This document shows positions 59,402 to 64,000 of a stretch of 64,000 nt of DNA, in pieces; within the stretch, counting starts at the first letter, position 1; every line of letters begins with the position of its first letter. Made by a program: the position numbers and the translations under genes. The stretch covers positions 103,480-167,479 of the IMG/VR virus record IMGVR_UViG_3300008108_000039. The stretch is one strand, 5' to 3'. The notes beneath the pieces were generated by a model. That model searched no databases. It saw only the letters and a program-made list of their open reading frames with translations, and was not told the DNA's origin. Source of the DNA: a virus.

Positions 59402-60367
59402 TTATATTTTTATACAACCATGTTTATAATATTCATTATATAGTTTAGTACGTAACGTATCTAATTTTTTTATAGTTTTGGTAATCTGAGGAGTGGATAC
59501 ATCAGTCATTTCTCTAATATAGATATATAATGCTTTTTTATTAAATACTTCTAATGTTTCACGTTTACGAAACAATTCAATAATAGCATCTGCTGTCTTA
59601 GCATCTTGAATTTTTGGAAAGAGACTATGTATATTTTTATCTATATAATTAATATATTGATTTATGAATACATTGGGAGAATGCAATTCATCTATAGCAT
59701 CCATAGACTCATATAAATGAGATTTATCTTCATCTAATTCATCAATATCAGCTTTTTCTTGTAATTTAGCATAATTATTTTTATTATAATTAATTAAATA
59801 ACGCTTAGCAATAGTGCCAAAATAAGAATATGCTTTAGGAGGTGTTAATTTAGATATTTTATCCCAACACTCAGGACTTACATTTATACAATTAATAGTA
59901 ATAAAATTATCTATTTGTTCCTGAGTAATAGTAACAGCATTATTAGTATATTCTATAAAAGAATCTTTTACATAATGCTCTTTAAATTCTTTAACTATTA
60001 TTCTATACAATCTATCATTAACACTTTTACTATGGTTAAATAAATGCAACTTTTCAAGAAGAAAAGTAATTACTTCATGCTTTAATTCTTCAATTGTATC
60101 AGTATCAGTATAATAAAATTTAAATGTATGAATAATATTCTCAGCTAACTTATAGAAAGAATATTTTATTCGTTCATTATAAATAATGTTACGTTTAGCC
60201 TGATCAAAGCAGGATAGATACTCAATAATAGCATCTTCAGTGTCTTGGGTAAAGTAAACTTGGGGTTCTTTGGGTTTACGTTTGCGGGGTTTACCTCTTT
60301 TAGTTAGAGATAAAATTTCATCGTCGGCAAATAATTCCGAATCGAAGTCTTCATCATAGTACGTCAT
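59402..60367 (-). CDS. Phage sigma factor (gp55-like late sigma) with insertion
   Basis: YFT...E.AI, FYKLAENII, KLHLF...KAYSYFGTIAKRYLI resemble sigma region 2 (F.P.K..AFSYFT). Confidence 0.65.
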   Translation of the reverse strand: MTYYDEDFDSELFADDEILSLTKRGKPRKRKPKEPQVYFTQDTEDAIIEYLSCFDQAKRNIIYNERIKYSFYKLAENIIHTFKFYYTDTDTIEELKHEVITFLLEKLHLFNHSKSVNDRLYRIIVKEFKEHYVKDSFIEYTNNAVTITQEQIDNFITINCINVSPECWDKISKLTPPKAYSYFGTIAKRYLINYNKNNYAKLQEKADIDELDEDKSHLYESMDAIDELHSPNVFINQYINYIDKNIHSLFPKIQDAKTADAIIELFRKRETLEVFNKKALYIYIREMTDVSTPQITKTIKKLDTLRTKLYNEYYKHGCIKI

Positions 60368-60427
60368 TTATTATTCTATTTTTAATAGATATAATATGAA
60401 AGAAAAATAACGTAACCAAACTAGTTT

Positions 60428-60700
60428 TTAAGAATTGTTAAAATCGCTTATGATTTCTTGAATTTCTTTTAAATTTCGAAAGAAAGTACCAACTTCATCA
60501 TCAGCTTGAAATGCTCCTAAAGTATCTAATTCTCTTAATTTTGAATCAGAATTAGCAATAATAATACTTATTGCATCAATATATTCTTGTTGTTTAATAA
60601 CAGTTTTTTCTAAGACTTTATTACGTCTAAGAAGTAAAATAGCTCCAATAATAACTATTTCAATTACATGGATTAAAACAACCCAAAAGGCAATTATCAT
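60428..60700 (-). CDS. Single-TM membrane protein
   Basis: Hydrophobic N-terminus; GAFQADDEVGTFF. Confidence 0.7.
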   Translation of the reverse strand: MIIAFWVVLIHVIEIVIIGAILLLRRNKVLEKTVIKQQEYIDAISIIIANSDSKLRELDTLGAFQADDEVGTFFRNLKEIQEIISDFNNS

Positions 60701-60710
60701 AAATAATTAA

Positions 60711-60911
60711 TTATCTAGGTGCAAATTGATTTTCAAAATCATCAGGTTCAATAGTAATCATTTCACGTATAGCTTCAATAGATTCTTTTAATTGATCTAC
60801 AGACTCAAGAATTTTTTCTTGTCCCATATTCCTATTCACCTCAATATTGATTTTATTTACCAAAGCGTCAGTTTGTACTAATTTTTGTAATACGTTGTTT
60901 TTGTATCTCAT
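60711..60911 (-). CDS. Hypothetical protein
   Basis: 66-aa ORF with a late-type motif upstream. Confidence 0.6.
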   Translation of the reverse strand: MRYKNNVLQKLVQTDALVNKINIEVNRNMGQEKILESVDQLKESIEAIREMITIEPDDFENQFAPR

Positions 60912-61054
60912 AATATATGTTTATATATAAATATACGCTTCTTTTTAAACCATGCAACCTTTATTACCTTACTACCCTCTTTTCTTCTATCATTTATATT
61001 TTAATCAAATGTGGTTTGAAGTTACGAAAAGTTCCTTGCATTTCCAAAGAAGAA

Positions 61055-61074
61055 GGATGACTTTTTAGTCATCC
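61055..61074 (-). terminator. Probable terminator
   Basis: 8-bp stem GGATGACT/AGTCATCC followed by UUCUUCUUU on the minus strand. Confidence 0.7.
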
Positions 61075-61101
61075 CTACTTATATATTGTTTTATATTAAT
61101 A

Positions 61102-61746
61102 TTATTTTGCCAACTTAGCCAAAACATCTTTAGGTATTTTTCTAACAATATTTTGTAATCCATCATCACCTTCTTTCATTCCACCACCCATTAATGAACG
61201 AGCAGCATTTTTTAATTTTTTAGCAGCATCCACTAATTTATCTTTTGCTACTACTAATCCTGCACTAATTGCTACAGTTCCTACTGTAGCTAAAGTTATT
61301 ACTTGACCACCAAGATCAGCTATTTGTTGATCTGGATCTACTGATGTACTTTTTAAAAGATCAGCAATTGTAGGATAGTTATTCATTACCCACTGGCCAA
61401 CCTCATATTCAGCAGAACCTGCTTGCATAATTTCATCAAGAGTAATTGTTACCTTTTTTTCTTGATCAGCTTCATTTAAATATGAAGATAATTCTTGACG
61501 AATCATTTCTTTTAAATCTTTAGCAGATAATTTTTTATTACTGTTCATTTTAATGTTATTGATTTTTGGAGATTGTTTTAGTATTGTTTTTAATGCTTCT
61601 AATTGTTTAGGATTATCAATGGTTACTTCAAAATAACTTTCTAGTTTATTATCTACGATTTGATCTGTATCTAAAGCAACTCCTGCTTTTTCCATACGAT
61701 TTAAAAACGCAGCTTTATCCTCAAGATTGAATTTAAATGTGGCCAT
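61102..61746 (-). CDS. Hypothetical protein with internal leader motif and hydrophobic segment
   Basis: LSAKDLKEMIRQELSSYLNE; VITLATVGTVAISAGLVVA. Confidence 0.7.
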   Translation of the reverse strand: MATFKFNLEDKAAFLNRMEKAGVALDTDQIVDNKLESYFEVTIDNPKQLEALKTILKQSPKINNIKMNSNKKLSAKDLKEMIRQELSSYLNEADQEKKVTITLDEIMQAGSAEYEVGQWVMNNYPTIADLLKSTSVDPDQQIADLGGQVITLATVGTVAISAGLVVAKDKLVDAAKKLKNAARSLMGGGMKEGDDGLQNIVRKIPKDVLAKLAK

Positions 61747-61769
61747 TGTTTATAATAAATATGTATACT

Positions 61770-61943
61770 TTACTTAAATATGCGAGACATAAATAAACTA
61801 ATTATACAATAATGCATTATTCCAAACATAACTATACTAAAAAATAAGGAAGGTGGAAAAATTCTAATTAAATCAGCTTGTAAAAAGCCTAAAAAAATGT
61901 GAGATAAAATCCACAACAGAATTACTGAAAATTTAACTTTCAT
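61770..61943 (-). CDS. Small two-TM membrane protein (57 aa)
   Basis: Not in the ORF track. Reads MKVKFSVILLWILSHIFLGFLQADLIRIFPPSLFFSIVMFGIMHYCIISLFMSRIFK and overlaps the upstream gene's end. Confidence 0.55.
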   Translation of the reverse strand: MKVKFSVILLWILSHIFLGFLQADLIRIFPPSLFFSIVMFGIMHYCIISLFMSRIFK

Positions 61944-62196
61944 AATTTAAATCGCTTTTTTGTGAGTTTTTTGTAATTGTTTTATCGGTTATATTATCCA
62001 AAACTTTTGATTCTGGAATATATGGAATTTCGGATAATGGTTTTGCCTCAACAACTTTTCCATTCAAAATTGCTTGTTGGTATTCTTCAAGTGACAATCC
62101 AAATTCATCTGCTTGTATTTGTCTTTGTCTTTGAATATTTTGAGCAAATGCTTCTTTAGTCAACATTAATGAATCTTGTATATACTTTTTCGACAT
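61933..62196 (-). CDS. Hypothetical protein
   Basis: 87-aa ORF. Confidence 0.6.
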   Translation of the reverse strand: MSKKYIQDSLMLTKEAFAQNIQRQRQIQADEFGLSLEEYQQAILNGKVVEAKPLSEIPYIPESKVLDNITDKTITKNSQKSDLNYES

Positions 62197-62508
62197 AAAA
62201 AAGTTTGTTAAAAGGTAATTTTAGGGTTTTGCAAAGTTATTGCAAAATGGGTTAAATGGGTTTTGCATGTATAAATATATGAGTATATACAGTCGATGGT
62301 GAAAAGGTGTGTGTTTGTTGAGAATACGTCTCATTTTTGTCGTGCCACCGCCGCCCCATCGATGGACCTCAATTGATATGGGGACATTTCGCTATCAAAC
62401 CGCCATCGGATCGCTACCAACCCGATCTTGACAATTTTTTTATATCATATCATTTTTAATTGTGATATAAATGTACGTCATTTATTGTGACATTTATCAA
62501 ATAACTTA

Positions 62509-62781
62509 TTACCACATAGACACCTTAGTTATCCATTCAGCAACTTCATTTGTTGTAAGATGGCCTTTAACTATATCTCCATTTTCAAATGTATGATCTG
62601 AAGTACCCTTCCAAATTGCAATTTCAGCTGTTAATGATTCCCATTTAATACGACTTGCCGGCTCATTAAAATTACCCATATTTCTTTTTTCACAGTAATT
62701 ACCTGGTCCCCACTGAACACTAATTGTCCATCCGTTTTCGAATGTTAATTGGAATCCCTTATTCATTGTACTTGTAAACAT
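62509..62781 (-). CDS. Hypothetical early-region protein
   Basis: NKGFQLTFENGWTISVQWGPGNYC...AEIAIW. Start moved to MFTSTM because the longer ORF begins inside a hairpin. Confidence 0.75.
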   Translation of the reverse strand: MFTSTMNKGFQLTFENGWTISVQWGPGNYCEKRNMGNFNEPASRIKWESLTAEIAIWKGTSDHTFENGDIVKGHLTTNEVAEWITKVSMW

Positions 62782-62804
62782 ACTATTATTATTTAATTGT
62801 GATG

Positions 62805-62839
62805 TAAATGTAGGTGGTCTATTTTGACCACCCACATTA
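62805..62839 (-). promoter_or_regulatory. Hairpin-promoter cassette, copy 1
   Basis: Minus strand AATGTGGGTGGTC-AAAATA-GACCACCTACATTTA: 13-bp stem with one G-U pair, overlapping the class-II motif. Confidence 0.75.
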
Positions 62840-62846
62840 TATTATA

Positions 62847-63158
62847 TTATTCTATCTCATCTGTATTGTAACCCCATTCTTTCAATTTATCAACAATTGG
62901 GGATATTAATTCAAACACTCCATCGTAACCGGTAACATTAGGTCCCTCAAACTCAATTGATCCTTCTGCGTACCAGTCGTTCCCACCTGTTTTTTCATCG
63001 TATACCTCAAACCATCCCCATAACTGTCCATCCTCATAATTCACACATACTTCAACACTCAGTAGTACATTGTCTTCTTTCTCTATAATACAAAATGAAT
63101 TTTCGAGTACTAGATTTTGGGTGGTTTGGAACTTTTCTCTTTTAATTTCTCGTTTCAT
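62847..63158 (-). CDS. Hypothetical acidic early-region protein
   Basis: 103-aa ORF; GWFEVYD...WYAEG...YDGVFEL. Confidence 0.7.
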   Translation of the reverse strand: MKREIKREKFQTTQNLVLENSFCIIEKEDNVLLSVEVCVNYEDGQLWGWFEVYDEKTGGNDWYAEGSIEFEGPNVTGYDGVFELISPIVDKLKEWGYNTDEIE

Positions 63159-63183
63159 TGGTTTATGTTTTAATTGTGTAACA

Positions 63184-63218
63184 TAAATGTAGGCAGTCTG
63201 TTTTGACTGCCCACATTA
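63184..63218 (-). promoter_or_regulatory. Hairpin-promoter cassette, copy 2
   Basis: Minus strand AATGTGGGCAGTC-AAAACA-GACTGCCTACATTTA, with compensatory changes relative to copy 1. Confidence 0.75.
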
Positions 63219-63239
63219 CACATTAAATAATAAACCGGT

Positions 63240-63506
63240 TTACTGTTCGATCAGGTTAATTTGTCCTTCCCACATACCAAAATTCGATTTTTCTGCGAAT
63301 GTGTAGGTGGAGGGTTTGGTAGTAGTGTCTGTACGGGTAAGGATCCATAAATTAGCCTCCTTCCAAGTAACATTTACTACACGTTGTCCGGAAGGGAGGG
63401 TAATGTCTTGGGTTCCTCCCCATGCTCGGGCTCGAACGTTTTCAGTACAGCTGCTAAACATACCTAATGTAATTACAGCTAATAGAATGACGATCATTTT
63501 TTTCAT
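63240..63506 (-). CDS. Phage lipoprotein
   Basis: Signal peptide and lipobox MKKMIVILLAVITLGMFSS-C, then TENVRARAWGG...VTWK..NLW.LT. Confidence 0.8.
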   Translation of the reverse strand: MKKMIVILLAVITLGMFSSCTENVRARAWGGTQDITLPSGQRVVNVTWKEANLWILTRTDTTTKPSTYTFAEKSNFGMWEGQINLIEQ

Positions 63507-63560
63507 TTGCTTTATATTTGGTTAATAATTACTTAATTACCTTACATTTAATTTTATAAC

Positions 63561-63592
63561 TAAATATACAACATTTATTTTTACTTTTCAAA
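63561..63592 (-). promoter_or_regulatory. Bacteroidota-type promoter
   Basis: Minus strand TTTG-N20-TATATTTA, close to the Bacteroidota -33/-7 consensus TTTG-N19-21-TAnnTTTG. Confidence 0.6.
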
Positions 63593-63645
63593 CAAATAAT
63601 ATAATATATTTTCAAACTATTTCATTAATTATATTATTAACTTAC

Positions 63646-64000
63646 TTAAACATATTTCTCAACTATTTTATTCACTAATTCTTCAACATCAAAATCATTA
63701 CCTATACTACTTAATACTATTTCATTATATATATTATTATAATTACCATTATTATTAAAATTTACTCTTAATTTATCACCTTCTCTCCAAACATTACCAA
63801 TATTAAACTTATTTCTAACTTTCAAACATACTTCACTATACATTTTATTCAACTCACTACTTTTTTTATTCAACTCATTTATTTCTTTATTCAATTTTTC
63901 TAACCTTTTATAATCAACATCTTTTACTAACTTACTTTCAATCCTCTCAACCTTTTTTTCATTAATCTTACTTACAATAACACCACTTAAAACATTAATT
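63646..64000 (-). CDS. Hypothetical protein, 3' part (starts beyond right edge), encoded without cytosine
   Basis: The frame of ORF 63646..63894 stays open to the window edge (INVLSGVIVSKINEKKVERIESKLVKDVDYKRLEKLNKEINEL...). No Ala, Pro, Thr, His or Gln in 117 residues. Confidence 0.65.
   Translation of the reverse strand, partial: INVLSGVIVSKINEKKVERIESKLVKDVDYKRLEKLNKEINELNKKSSELNKMYSEVCLKVRNKFNIGNVWREGDKLRVNFNNNGNYNNIYNEIVLSSIGNDFDVEELVNKIVEKYV

Noticed and set aside
59837-60035. Intein in the sigma factor insertion
   Set aside because: Too short, and it lacks the N-terminal Cys/Ser block and C-terminal His-Asn.
62200-62500. tRNA gene in the GC-rich intergenic island
   Set aside because: No cloverleaf or T-loop GTTCRA motif could be found on either strand by eye.
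1272-63525. Other short plus-strand ORFs, and the out-of-frame minus ORFs 15240..15527, 15546..15830 and 48382..48585
   Set aside because: They overlap well-supported minus-strand genes and have no recognisable motifs.
1-64000. Alternative genetic code (stop-codon reassignment)
   Set aside because: Long conserved genes are intact under code 11, and TAA, TAG and TGA all end genes at sensible positions.

Overview
A 64-kb AT-rich segment of a large T4-like (myovirus-type) phage genome. Essentially all real genes are on the minus strand. The host is probably a Bacteroidota bacterium, inferred from the promoter-like motifs and the general lack of Shine-Dalgarno sequences. In transcription order (right to left) the window holds: (1) an early-type region of small genes separated by covarying hairpin/promoter cassettes, with the last 479 nt containing no C on the coding strand; (2) a gp55-like sigma factor; (3) a baseplate module (gp5-like, gp25, gp6, a large wedge protein) with an embedded M15 endolysin; (4) a baseplate-type gene that appears split in two around a cassette of six glycosyltransferase-type genes plus a methyltransferase, including two GT60 polypeptide GlcNAc-transferases, flanked by two mucin-like Thr/Pro/Ser-repeat proteins; (5) primase, exonuclease and GIY-YIG nucleases; (6) many putative internal head proteins sharing three short leader/targeting motifs, one of them a ParB-like/zincin/ADP-ribosyltransferase polyprotein; (7) terminase, portal, prohead protease, scaffold, major capsid, PhoH, neck gp13/gp14, gp15 and a tail-fibre gene running off the left edge. 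The strongest candidates for new biology are the phage-encoded mucin-type O-glycosylation system, the C-free gene and the capsid-targeting motif code. All family assignments come from recognising motifs by eye; no database search was run.
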